Source: Candidatus Heimdallarchaeota archaeon (lineage in GTDB: Archaea > Asgardarchaeota > Heimdallarchaeia > Heimdallarchaeales > Heimdallarchaeaceae). Taken from it: a stretch of DNA of 35,832 nucleotides. The DNA is taken from NCBI GenBank assembly GCA_021399345.1, contig JAAFKI010000196.1:1-35832 (forward strand). The letters are read 5' to 3'. Positions 1 through 9,203 of the stretch are shown here, piece by piece; position 1 is the stretch's first letter; every line of letters starts with the position of its first letter. The translations under genes and the position numbers were made by a program. The notes under the pieces are model-generated. The model made no database searches. It saw nothing but the letters and a program-made list of their open reading frames with translations, and was not told the DNA's origin.

Positions 1-375
1 AATCTTTATACAGTTATAACTGATTTTAATAAACCAGTTATAGATGGACCTGAAGATTTTTGGATTTATGATAATGAGACAGAAATATCTTTTGTTTGGA
101 GTGTTTCAGATGCAACTCCATGGAGTTATATTATTTTAGTTAATTCTGTTGAAATCGAAACAGAAGAATGGTATGAGACCTCAATTGAGTTTGACTGGAA
201 TGATATTTCTCCTCAAAATCTTACAGTTACCTTGCTTTTATTTGATTATTTTGGAAATCAAGCTGTTGATATAGTTCTTATTGAAATTAGGGCCACTCCA
301 GAACGAAGTAGCTTCTTCTTAGTTCTAATTCCTTTAATTCCACTTTATATCATTCAGAAGAAACTAAAGAAATAG
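1..375 (+). CDS. 3' end of a membrane-anchored surface protein (Ig-like beta domain, C-terminal TM helix, basic tail); 5'-truncated by the window
   Basis: Frame 1 is open from base 1 to TAG 373-375: ...KPVIDGPEDFWIYDNETEISFVWSVSDATPWSY...TVTLLLFDYFGNQAVDIVLIEIRATPERSSFFLVLIPLIPLYIIQKKLKK*. Not in the ORF track because it has no start. Confidence 0.8.
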   Translation, partial: NLYTVITDFNKPVIDGPEDFWIYDNETEISFVWSVSDATPWSYIILVNSVEIETEEWYETSIEFDWNDISPQNLTVTLLLFDYFGNQAVDIVLIEIRATPERSSFFLVLIPLIPLYIIQKKLKK

Positions 376-379
376 CTTT

Positions 380-640
380 TCATCCTAATTTTTTTTCTAT
401 TTCTTTTAGTATTTTTAAATCCTTAATATCCGAAGATAAATTCACAAAATCATGTTTTGGAGTTTCGATTGAAATTAGTTGATTTACTTGAAGAAGTTTC
501 ATAATTTCCTCTAGCGGATATTCTCCAGAACCAATGCTATGGTGCTGATCTACAACACTGTCTAGTTTTCCATCAGATATGTGTGTAATATAGGGATTTA
601 ACGAAAGAAACTGTTTAATATATTCTAACAGTTTTCTTAA
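380..640 (-). pseudogene. C-terminal remnant of a xylose-isomerase-like/AP-endonuclease-2 TIM-barrel protein
   Basis: Hand translation: LRKLLEYIKQFLSLNPYITHISDGKLDSVVDQHHSIGSGEYPLEEIMKLL...ISIETP...KKLG*. The HxSD..D.H..IG.G and IE motifs fit this fold. In-frame TAA lies immediately upstream and the N-terminus is missing. Confidence 0.65.
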
Positions 641-1011
641 TTATCCCCTATGATGGATTATTAGCTTTAGGAGCAGCTTATTTGGTTCGAAGAGGTATTT
701 ATTTCCTTGGGTTAGCAATTGTTTCTCAAAGATATTTCAAAGTAGAATATCCAAAGAAAACCTCGTTAATTCTCGTGATATTGATGGTATTTTCAGCTGG
801 TATAGGAACTATACTTTACTATCTAGCATTTACTTTCCTTAACAATAATCTAAACATCTTGATCTCGTTTGGTATAGCTACTATTATTTTCGCAATAGCT
901 GTTCTAGTGTTCAAGCTAATAACAAGAGAAGATATACAATTCTTGTTAAATATAGCAAGAAATTACTTCAAAAATATGGGAGTAACAAAAAATAAGGCTA
1001 AAACAAATTAA
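619..1011 (+). pseudogene. C-terminal remnant of an oligosaccharide flippase (Wzx/MOP family, Polysacc_synt_C-like)
   Basis: The frame of ORF 682..1011 stays open back to 619 (YILTVFLIIPYDGLLALGAAYLVRRG...). It resembles the flippase LIP.YG..GAA motif and ends in TM helices plus KLITREDIQFL. Far shorter than a full flippase. Confidence 0.65.
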
Positions 1012-1014
1012 ATC

Positions 1015-2913
1015 TTAATTTTCTGCTTCCATAAAGAAGATGATTTTACCATAAGTATCCAGATCATATAATTCATGATAGAATGTTGCCAATGATAGTT
1101 TTGATTCAAACTGTTCTCCCCAGACTACTTCTGCAAAAGATTTTGCTCTTAATGGGTCAAGTGGGAACTCTTCAGGGTTCATTATACTGCCATACTTTGG
1201 CATAATTCCTTCAGCTACTTGGTATTTTTGTTTACTTGTTTTAAACCAGTCAAAGATAGCCATAAACACTTCATCTTCAAGCGGATCTTGAGCAAATATG
1301 AATAATTTTATCAAATTGATTTTCTTATCTTCTCCAACCATAGCTTTGAGATTTTCATCATCGATTTCTGTATACTTTGGTGCATTAACTATCTGTTCTA
1401 CTCTCTCTTTTTCGCTTTCAGCTTTTTCTCTAAAGTTCCAGTCTTCTGGAGCGAGATTCAGAGCTTTGTTGTAAGCTTCTAAAGCTCCATCAAATTTGAC
1501 TTGTTTAACGAGTAATACTGCATAATTTAACCATAAATCAGGGTCTTCATTATTATCTTTCAAGAGAGTAAAAATAATGTGTGTTGCTTCTTCGAATGAT
1601 TCTTTTTTACTTAGAACAGATGCAAGCTTGAGACCTGTTTGACAATCATCTGGTTGGAGATCGAAAGCTCGTCGATAGTATTCAATAGCTGAATCAAGAT
1701 CATTTTTACCATGGAAAAACATATCACCTAATTTGATTATGGTAGCAAGATGGCTCTCATCGTACTGCAGAATAGGTTTAAGCTGTTGAATAGCTTCATC
1801 AAATTTGCCTATTTTGGCGTAAAGAAGACCCAGATTATACATAGAAACAACATTCTTTGAATCAATTTTAACTACAGCCTGATAAAATACAATAGTCTCT
1901 TCAATCATCTCTAGTTTCTGAGCAAGAGAACCTAGAACATTGAGGATATCTAAATCTTCAAAGGCAAGTTTTTCTGATTCAATACCTCCAGCAACTAAGA
2001 CAAGTATCTTCTCCATGAATATTATCTCTTCAGATTCGAACTTATATTCCATGAATTTCTTCCAATCCATTTCCTCTTCAACACCTATTGTCTCCATGAG
2101 GTGGTTGGTAAGAAAATTAAGAGTCTCTTCAATCATAGATACAGCATAGGAGATAATTTCTTGGTCTTCCTCTTCTTTGATATTGTCAATAAGAATTTGG
2201 AGATTCTTATAAGTTGAAGGGATAGGGGCTTCAGATAAATCTTCTAGTTCTACATCTTTAGCTGACTGTAATGCTGCTTCAGCTGTTTCCTCCAGTTCAG
2301 ATGGTTCCTTCATTCCTGGGGCCATAGGGATGCTTCCTGAAGGTGCGCCAAAAACGGCTCCTGGGGCCATAGGAGGAGGTTGAGCAACATAAATACCTGA
2401 ATCATCAGTTTCTCCGGTACCAAATTCTTCACTAAGTTCTTCAGTATGGTCAAAACTAATAGAGGTAGGAGCAGGAGTTGGAACAGCTGGAGCGGGAATT
2501 ACTGGAGTGGGTATTTCTCCTTCAGATTCAACTGTAGTCTCTACTTTCTCGAACAGTTCATCGGTTAGAGGTTGAGGTTCATCTTCAGGTTCTAAAATAT
2601 CTTCAAAAACATCTTTAATTTTGATCAGTAAGCGTTCAGCTTTTTTCTTGACTCCTATTGTATCAGAAAGAGCAGCTTCTTGAATCACAGCTAAGGCTTC
2701 TTGTGATTCCCCAGCTAAAACGGCTAAAATATCAAGAGCATTTATGCGAACTAAATCGTCAGGATCCTTTTTGACAAGATCAACAAGGGCAGAATATGCA
2801 AAGGAAGCTCCTAAGTCCAACTTCTTCATATCATGAAGAGAATCTAAGCGTTCAATTACATGCTTAGATTTGAGCAACTTAAGAAACCGTTTTTGTTCGC
2901 CTTTAGATATCAT
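1015..2913 (-). CDS. HEAT-repeat + Pro-rich acidic linker + TPR protein
   Basis: N-terminal HEAT-like helices (LVDLVKKDPDDLVRINALDILAVL), a Pro-rich linker, and several TPRs (MYNLGLLYAKIGKFDEAIQQL, AIEYYRRAFDLQP, ALEAYNKALNLAP). Confidence 0.8.
   Translation of the reverse strand: MISKGEQKRFLKLLKSKHVIERLDSLHDMKKLDLGASFAYSALVDLVKKDPDDLVRINALDILAVLAGESQEALAVIQEAALSDTIGVKKKAERLLIKIKDVFEDILEPEDEPQPLTDELFEKVETTVESEGEIPTPVIPAPAVPTPAPTSISFDHTEELSEEFGTGETDDSGIYVAQPPPMAPGAVFGAPSGSIPMAPGMKEPSELEETAEAALQSAKDVELEDLSEAPIPSTYKNLQILIDNIKEEEDQEIISYAVSMIEETLNFLTNHLMETIGVEEEMDWKKFMEYKFESEEIIFMEKILVLVAGGIESEKLAFEDLDILNVLGSLAQKLEMIEETIVFYQAVVKIDSKNVVSMYNLGLLYAKIGKFDEAIQQLKPILQYDESHLATIIKLGDMFFHGKNDLDSAIEYYRRAFDLQPDDCQTGLKLASVLSKKESFEEATHIIFTLLKDNNEDPDLWLNYAVLLVKQVKFDGALEAYNKALNLAPEDWNFREKAESEKERVEQIVNAPKYTEIDDENLKAMVGEDKKINLIKLFIFAQDPLEDEVFMAIFDWFKTSKQKYQVAEGIMPKYGSIMNPEEFPLDPLRAKSFAEVVWGEQFESKLSLATFYHELYDLDTYGKIIFFMEAEN
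2314..2373. repeat. 15-bp direct repeat TCCTGGGGCCATAGG (2314-2328, 2359-2373), encoding PMAPG twice
   Basis: Exact match read from the sequence, with a 45-nt period. Confidence 0.8.
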
Positions 2914-2985
2914 GGTGATTCAAATCTACTTATCTACAATAACTTAATGAAAATTTTACTCTAAAAATATATTGATAGTAAAATG

Positions 2986-3020
2986 CAAAAAAAAGGGAAA
3001 AAAGGAAAAAGATGGAAAAT
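2986..3020 (-). terminator. Oligo-U tract, putative archaeal intrinsic terminator of the tfb-like gene
   Basis: The + strand purine run aaaaaaaagggaaaaaaggaaaaagatggaaaa is a U/C tract on the - strand directly after the stop at 3023. Confidence 0.5.
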
Positions 3021-3022
3021 AA

Positions 3023-3964
3023 TCATAAATTGAGCTGTAAATGGTTCATAAGATACCTGCAGTGCTCTCTAAGAGTAGTTGAAGGAATACTAAGGAAGCG
3101 AGAAATTTCTTCTTTAGAGATCAATTGTTCTCCCAAGTATCGTGCGCCCACTAAATTGGTGGCTATGTATAAACAACTAACTGAAAATACACTAGGCTTA
3201 CGTCCATTTACTTTAATTTGGCTGAGCTTAGTAGCGATTGTTTCGATGGAAGTGATAAGTTTCTCATAAGCTAGTTCATCGTTAGGATCAATATTTTCTA
3301 ACCTCTGTCTAAGAACATCATTAGATTTTAGCAGAGCTAAATATTTAGGAATGAAAGATTCAGCAGAACTGTTTTTGTACGACATACCTGACTCTATTAT
3401 GTAGTCCCTGACTGCCTTAGAACTAAGTTTGGTCCCTGACTCTTTGAAAATACTAACTATATCATTTATTGAACAAGCCATTCCACGATTTTTCATATGT
3501 TTGATAGTCAGAGCAGTACAAACTAGGAAAATGTTAGTTACTTTGTTGCCTTTTCTCTTCTCAGCTGCATAGATTTTCTTGAGCTCAAACATCAAATCGT
3601 TTCTAGCATGCTCGGAAAAACCTAGACGAGTTAAGATTGATAAGATACGTCCTTTGTTCTCTTCGACAGCGTCGTAGCTAGAATTGGCTGCATTGTAAAG
3701 CCTTCTAAATTTATCTCTCATATCTGCGTTAGCGTCGTATACTCTAAATGAAGTTGAGACAGTATTCCTTCTAGATTCAGGAGATCCCATCCTACTATCA
3801 GGTCCGTCGCCTCTGTCAAGGAAGTGAGTTCCCTCAATAACTTTGTCAACTATTATTGAACAGTTACGACAAATTACATCTCCTCTTTGTGTGTCAGAAA
3901 TGAACTCTATACCATTGCATTCAGGACACGCATGTTCTTGTTCGTGTAAAACTGTACCAGACAT
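3023..3964 (-). CDS. tfb: Divergent transcription initiation factor IIB (TFB) family protein
   Basis: Zn ribbon CPEC-x16-CRNC (CPECNGIEFISDTQRGDVICRNC), cyclin-fold-like regions, GRKPSVFSVSCLYIA and a C-terminal HTH-like ISKEEISRFLSIPSTTLR. Start moved to Met58 of the ORF-track call (ATG at 3964). Confidence 0.8.
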   Translation of the reverse strand: MSGTVLHEQEHACPECNGIEFISDTQRGDVICRNCSIIVDKVIEGTHFLDRGDGPDSRMGSPESRRNTVSTSFRVYDANADMRDKFRRLYNAANSSYDAVEENKGRILSILTRLGFSEHARNDLMFELKKIYAAEKRKGNKVTNIFLVCTALTIKHMKNRGMACSINDIVSIFKESGTKLSSKAVRDYIIESGMSYKNSSAESFIPKYLALLKSNDVLRQRLENIDPNDELAYEKLITSIETIATKLSQIKVNGRKPSVFSVSCLYIATNLVGARYLGEQLISKEEISRFLSIPSTTLREHCRYLMNHLQLNL

Positions 3965-4151
3965 TGCTTTCAAGTAGACTTTGCTGATTCGCATATTTAA
4001 GGTATTAAGAGAGGCATGATTGAAACTATTGTAAGTGATTCTCTTTGCTCTTCTTCCCTCCGACACTAATGTTTTCAGAGTTCTTTTTGAAAGTGAAAGT
4101 ATGTTTAAAAGTAGTGAAAATACGTGGGACTGCATCTGCTTTTTTTTTCAA

Positions 4152-4229
4152 CGCGCAAAACAAAACAAAGAATCTTACCACACAAATATTTTTTTACGTG
4201 GTAAGATTTTCCTCCCTTTTTTTGCTGCG
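4152..4229. promoter_or_regulatory. Long imperfect inverted repeat with perfect 11-bp core arms in the tfb/MTase divergent intergenic region
   Basis: AATCTTACCAC (4171-4181) and GTGGTAAGATT (4198-4208) with a 16-nt spacer; outer arms CGCGCAAAA and TTTTGCTGCG. Confidence 0.55.
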
Positions 4230-4291
4230 GTGTATTTTTAATTTTCTAGCATAGGAGAAGACTTTTATTTTCTTTTGCTTCTTGTTTTTCA

Positions 4292-6136
4292 TTGAGAATT
4301 GCAGATCCTTATCTAAACTCTTTACAGAAATATGGTACTTCATCTAAAGGATGGTCTGCAATTCTTGCAGGGCTTATACAAGCATCCAATCATTCTGAAC
4401 AATTGTTTTCTTTCTGTCTTAAAACAATTCCAAGTTTAGAAGACACCTATCTGACTGATGCTCAAACTGATGTTTCCAAAAAAAACTATTCTCTAGACGA
4501 AACTCTTTCATCTAAACTTCTTACTCCCTTTCACCTTTCATTCTTTGATAAATCTCCTGATATCAGTAAGCAAATTGGCCAGTTCTTTACTCCTTCTTAC
4601 ATATCTCGATTTATTGCTATGACTTCCTTAGCTCATTTTACTGATACTCTCTCAGGAGCATCTTTAGTTAATGAACTACTTGAAATGAAACTTGCTGATC
4701 TTGCCGTTGGAACGGGGAATTTACTTATTTCTCTATTGTATCAAGTACTAGAAAAGTTAAAACCTTTAACTGAAGATAAACGTGACTTACTACACGATTT
4801 TCTATCCACTAATCTCTATGGCTTTGATTTAGATCCTTTTGCATTATTTATAAGCAAACTTCGAGTCTTCCTCTTTTCGTCCCTTTTTCTTCCCGACCAT
4901 GATTTACCCAATCTAGAAGAGAACTTCTGTCTTGGTAACTCCCTCTTGAAGAGTACAATAAATAATGATTCATCGAAAGTTGCTTTCAAACCTGTCAAAT
5001 TCTTCGATAAAAAAGATTCTCTTCATTTTGACATAATTGTTTCTAATCCTCCTTACATGTCCTACGGTTTAAGAGAGGCTCAAAAATACCATCCCAAATT
5101 CAAGCAATATTTACGAAAAAACTTCCACTCTGCTGAATACAAACTTAGTCTCTATCCAATATTTATTGAAAGATCTTTAGAGTTACTTAATGATAATGGG
5201 ATTCTTGGTATTATCACTCCCGATTCTCACCTTTTAGGTCGTTATTATTCTAAAATCAGATCACATATTCTTTCTAACTCTGAGATACTAGATATTTCTT
5301 TACTCGGATTTGAACCATTTAAAGGGGTAACAGTAGGTCGTCCTACTATATCTTTTCTCAAGAAAACAGATAAGAAAACTACCGTAAGTAGTGATAAATC
5401 GTTTCCAGTAAGATGGATTTCTTCCCAAGAAGATTTCATTAGAGAAAAATGGGAGGAATTCGGTAATTTCCAGACAGATTTTCACTCAACAGACCATAAC
5501 CGTTTTCATTTGTATTTTAATAAACAAGATAAAGGGTTTGTAGAAGATTGGAAAGGAAAATGTCTTCAAAAAATCGAAGATGTAGTTACAGTTCATACAG
5601 GTGTTAGAAGTAAGATTGGTCAGAAGAAAATCATCAGTAACAGAAAAGAATCCGATACTTGGAAGCGAGGAATCATTTCAGGTAATCAAGTGAAACCATT
5701 CCATCTAGAATACAGAAAACACTGGTTAAATATAGATCCATCCATTTTATGGTCTGGAGGTTTTAATCCTGAAATTGTTGAAAATCCTAAGATTATCATG
5801 AGACAGACAGGATATCATATCAAAACAGCTGTTGATACAACTGGCTATTATCATCTCAACAATTGTCACTCAGTTTCTCCGAAAAATGAACAGACAAATC
5901 TTTTTGCATTAGCTGTTATTCTCAACTCTCCAGAGTTTAACAGAGTCTATAGCATTTTAAGCTTGGAGAAGGGTCGATCTTTAGCTCAGATAGATATAGA
6001 CTTTTTACTTAAGATTCCTATACTAAAATTATCAACGAAAGAGGAAAAAAGACTAGAAGAATTTTACTTCAAACAGAAGGAAAAACAGGAACAAAAAAAG
6101 GAACTCCTTAGTTACTCAATTTTAGAGAATATCTAG
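4292..6136 (+). CDS. Orphan N6-adenine DNA methyltransferase (gamma class, M.TaqI/Eco57I-like) with a TaqI-C-like target recognition domain
   Basis: GQFFTP (motif X), DLAVGTGNLL (motif I), DIIVSNPPY (motif IV) and C-terminal PKIIMRQ...ILNS. No nuclease domain visible. Confidence 0.88.
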   Translation: MRIADPYLNSLQKYGTSSKGWSAILAGLIQASNHSEQLFSFCLKTIPSLEDTYLTDAQTDVSKKNYSLDETLSSKLLTPFHLSFFDKSPDISKQIGQFFTPSYISRFIAMTSLAHFTDTLSGASLVNELLEMKLADLAVGTGNLLISLLYQVLEKLKPLTEDKRDLLHDFLSTNLYGFDLDPFALFISKLRVFLFSSLFLPDHDLPNLEENFCLGNSLLKSTINNDSSKVAFKPVKFFDKKDSLHFDIIVSNPPYMSYGLREAQKYHPKFKQYLRKNFHSAEYKLSLYPIFIERSLELLNDNGILGIITPDSHLLGRYYSKIRSHILSNSEILDISLLGFEPFKGVTVGRPTISFLKKTDKKTTVSSDKSFPVRWISSQEDFIREKWEEFGNFQTDFHSTDHNRFHLYFNKQDKGFVEDWKGKCLQKIEDVVTVHTGVRSKIGQKKIISNRKESDTWKRGIISGNQVKPFHLEYRKHWLNIDPSILWSGGFNPEIVENPKIIMRQTGYHIKTAVDTTGYYHLNNCHSVSPKNEQTNLFALAVILNSPEFNRVYSILSLEKGRSLAQIDIDFLLKIPILKLSTKEEKRLEEFYFKQKEKQEQKKELLSYSILENI

Positions 6137-6188
6137 ATTCTACAACGTTCTATGGAACATTTTAAATATACTCGTTCATGGGGGATGT

Positions 6189-6995
6189 GTGCTAGAAGTG
6201 GTAACTGTGAACATAGAGTTAAAACAAGCATTTGAAGTCCTTTGTGAAGCTGCAAAAGATGCTAGTAAAGCTCTACTTGAAATAGTAGAGAATGGTTTCG
6301 AGAAATCATTCAAAGCTAATGATGATCCAGTTACAACCGGTGATTTAACTGTAAACGCTATCTTGCAAGAAAAACTCTTTGAAGCTTTTCCAGAAATAGG
6401 CTGGTTATCTGAAGAAACCAGGGATAATCCGGAAAGACTAACTAAGGATTTTGTCTGGATTGTTGATCCCATTGATGGAACTAAAGAATTTGTTGAAGGC
6501 ATTCCTGAATATGCAATATCAGTTGCTTTAGTTAAGAATGGTGAACCAGTGGTCGGTCTTGTTTTGAATCCATTAAGAGATGAACTGTATACTGCTATCA
6601 AAGGTATGGGAGCTTTTCTTAATGGAGAACCAATAACAGTTGCAGAAAATCCTTCTGATAAGCCTGTTTTATTAGCAAGTAGATCAGAAACAAAACGCGG
6701 AGAATGGGAGCAATTTAAAGAATTTGCAGAGGTTATCCCTACAGGATCAATAGCCTACAAACTTGCATTGGTTGCAGCTGGGGAAGCTGATGGTACTTTC
6801 AGTCTTGGCCCAAAAAACGAATGGGATATCGCAGCAGGTCATTTGTTGATTGAGGAAGCAGGTGGAAAGGTTTCTGACCAGTATGGTCAAGGTTTTAAAT
6901 ACAACCAAGAAAAAACCCTTGTAAATTCAATCGTGGGCACATCTAGTGTGGCTTCAGAAAAAATATTTAATTTAATAGAAAACTCGAGGAATTGA
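6189..6995 (+). CDS. cysQ: 3'(2'),5'-bisphosphate nucleotidase CysQ (inositol monophosphatase superfamily)
   Basis: DPVTTGD, LSEE, WIVDPIDGTKEF, ASRSE and EWDIAAG motifs; ends one nucleotide before the sat-cysC start. Confidence 0.88.
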   Translation: MLEVVTVNIELKQAFEVLCEAAKDASKALLEIVENGFEKSFKANDDPVTTGDLTVNAILQEKLFEAFPEIGWLSEETRDNPERLTKDFVWIVDPIDGTKEFVEGIPEYAISVALVKNGEPVVGLVLNPLRDELYTAIKGMGAFLNGEPITVAENPSDKPVLLASRSETKRGEWEQFKEFAEVIPTGSIAYKLALVAAGEADGTFSLGPKNEWDIAAGHLLIEEAGGKVSDQYGQGFKYNQEKTLVNSIVGTSSVASEKIFNLIENSRN

Positions 6996-6996
6996 A

Positions 6997-8727
6997 ATGG
7001 TGGAAAACAACGGATTAATTGCACCTCATGGTGGAACATTAATTGATTTGATGATTACCGATGAGGTAAAACGTTATGACCTTGTCGAAAAAGCTAAAAC
7101 AATACCAAAATGGGAATTGGATGAACGTGGTCTTGCAGACTTAGAATGCATAGCAACAGGAGTATACTCTCCATTAACTGGTTTTGCTGTTGAAGCTAAT
7201 TATGAAAGTATTTTGAAGAGTATGAGACTCTCGACAGGTCTCATCTGGCCCATCCCAATAACTTTACAAGTTACAGAGGATTTTGCTACACAGCTTAAAG
7301 AAGGATCTGAAATCTCTTTGACTAAAGAAGATTCTCATTTAGCAATCTTGAGAATTTCTAGCATATATCGACCAGATAAAGCTGAAGAATCTAGAAAAGT
7401 TTATGGTACTGACGATAAAGCTCATCCTGGTGTAGTAGCTCTCTATGATGGTGGTCCTGTCTATCTTGGTGGAGACATTCAAGTCTTTGCAGATATTCCT
7501 CATACAGAATTCTTTGAGTATAGATTCACACCAAAAATGACTAGAAAGGTCTTCACAGAAAAAGGATGGAAAACAGTTGTTGCTTTCCAAACAAGAAATC
7601 CTATTCATCGAGCACATGAACATCTGCAAAAAGTAGCAATGGAATATGTTGATGGTCTGTTTGTCAACCCTCTTGTTGGAGCAACTAAAAGTGACGATAT
7701 TCCGTCTCATGTGAGAATGGAAACATACAATGTTATTTTGAACAATTATTATCCTAAAGACAGTGTGTTCTTAGGTGTTTATCCAGCTAATATGCGTTAT
7801 GCTGGTCCAAAAGAAGCTGTTCTTCATGCAATAAGTCGTCAGAACTATGGATGTAGTCACATGATTATTGGAAGAGATCATGCAGGTGTTGGAAAGTACT
7901 ATGGAACATATGATGCTCAACTAATATTCGATCAATTTGCTAAAGTTGAATTGTTAATTACTCCAATGAAGTTTGAACATGCCTTTTACTGTAAATTATG
8001 TGAGCAGATGGTAACTCAGAGAACTTGTCCTCATTCAAAAGAAGCACATGTTTTTCTTTCAGGTACTAAAGTTAGAGAAATGTTACAGAACAATGAAATG
8101 CTTCCAAGAGAGTTTACTCGTCCCGAAGTAGCAATGATTCTTATTGATTCTGTAAACGGCAATAGACGACAGATTCAACAGAAGGGTGTTTCAATGCTCT
8201 TTACTGGCTTATCAGGTTCTGGTAAAACAACCATCTCCAAAGCTCTTGCTGAAGAGTTAAAGAAACGAGGATATAAAGTTGAGAGACTTGATGCAGATAT
8301 TGTTCGTCAGAATCTTAGCAAAGGTTTAGGTTTCAGTAAAGAAGATAGAGATGAAAATATTAGAAGAGTTGGATTTGTATGTCATCTAATGAGTAGAAAC
8401 GGCGTCATCGCCATGATGGCTAATATCGCACCCTACGTCTCTGTTCGTGAAGAAATTCGACAGCGTATAGGTGATTTCATGGAGGTCTATGTCAATGCTT
8501 CTTTGGAAGCTTGTGAAGAACGAGACCTTAAGGGTTTATATGCTAAGGCCCGAGCTGGTGAGATCAAAGGTTTTACTGGAATCGACGATCCTTATGAAGA
8601 ACCTCAAGCTCCTGAAGTTATTTGCAATACAGATGATGAAACTGTTGAAGAGAGTGTCCAGAAAGTTCTAGATAAAATGGAAGAATTAGGTTATATTAAA
8701 CCAATTAAAATATTTGATCCTCTTTAA
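6997..8727 (+). CDS. sat/cysC: Bifunctional sulfate adenylyltransferase / adenylylsulfate kinase (Sat-CysC fusion)
   Basis: PHGGTL, FQTRNPIHRAH, GRDHAG and LSGTKVR in the Sat part; GLSGSGKTT P-loop, LGFSKEDRDENIRR and KGLYAKARAGEIKGFTGIDDPYE in the APS kinase part. Confidence 0.95.
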   Translation: MVENNGLIAPHGGTLIDLMITDEVKRYDLVEKAKTIPKWELDERGLADLECIATGVYSPLTGFAVEANYESILKSMRLSTGLIWPIPITLQVTEDFATQLKEGSEISLTKEDSHLAILRISSIYRPDKAEESRKVYGTDDKAHPGVVALYDGGPVYLGGDIQVFADIPHTEFFEYRFTPKMTRKVFTEKGWKTVVAFQTRNPIHRAHEHLQKVAMEYVDGLFVNPLVGATKSDDIPSHVRMETYNVILNNYYPKDSVFLGVYPANMRYAGPKEAVLHAISRQNYGCSHMIIGRDHAGVGKYYGTYDAQLIFDQFAKVELLITPMKFEHAFYCKLCEQMVTQRTCPHSKEAHVFLSGTKVREMLQNNEMLPREFTRPEVAMILIDSVNGNRRQIQQKGVSMLFTGLSGSGKTTISKALAEELKKRGYKVERLDADIVRQNLSKGLGFSKEDRDENIRRVGFVCHLMSRNGVIAMMANIAPYVSVREEIRQRIGDFMEVYVNASLEACEERDLKGLYAKARAGEIKGFTGIDDPYEEPQAPEVICNTDDETVEESVQKVLDKMEELGYIKPIKIFDPL

Positions 8728-8734
8728 TCTAACT

Positions 8735-9133
8735 TCACTTTCTTTTTTCATTTTTCTCTTCATCTATGTATAGTTTCACTAGATCTCCAGAGATGTAATT
8801 TGAAAAATCCCTATATTTTTGTGGATCCTGATAAAACCCCCAGCTAGTTAATAGGATATTATCTATCCAATGGAATATTGTTGGTTGAAATTTTTCCATT
8901 AATCGTTGAATTTTCTCTTCTTCAATTTCAAAATCTTCATGAAAAATCAAAGCTATTCTATTTGTCAAATCTTGAGAAATTGACATTAATTTTTCTCTTC
9001 CTCTATACAAGCTCCATCCCTCAAGAATGACTGAATCAATCCATTCTACTATAATATCATGAATGCTTTCCCAAAGATTTATTGTTTCATATCTACTCGT
9101 CTGTTTCACCCTTCTAACTATTTTCCTCTTCAT
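8735..9133 (-). CDS. Hypothetical protein with an internal two-fold repeat
   Basis: IVEWIDSVILEGWSLY versus IFHWIDNILLTSWGFY. Confidence 0.7.
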   Translation of the reverse strand: MKRKIVRRVKQTSRYETINLWESIHDIIVEWIDSVILEGWSLYRGREKLMSISQDLTNRIALIFHEDFEIEEEKIQRLMEKFQPTIFHWIDNILLTSWGFYQDPQKYRDFSNYISGDLVKLYIDEEKNEKRK

Positions 9134-9203
9134 TAGGATTAAGATTCTCTCAAACTTAGAAAGATCTGCATACCTACTGAATTAATCATAGACAGAGATG
9201 TAA

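Noticed and set aside
4152-4229. Replication origin (ORB) interpretation of the palindrome
   Set aside because: No ORB-like consensus or G-string, and no cdc6/orc1 gene nearby.
3965-4254. 57-aa TFB extension and ORFs 4035..4241 and 4045..4254
   Set aside because: TFB Zn ribbons lie near the N-terminus; the short ORFs are low-complexity translations of intergenic DNA.
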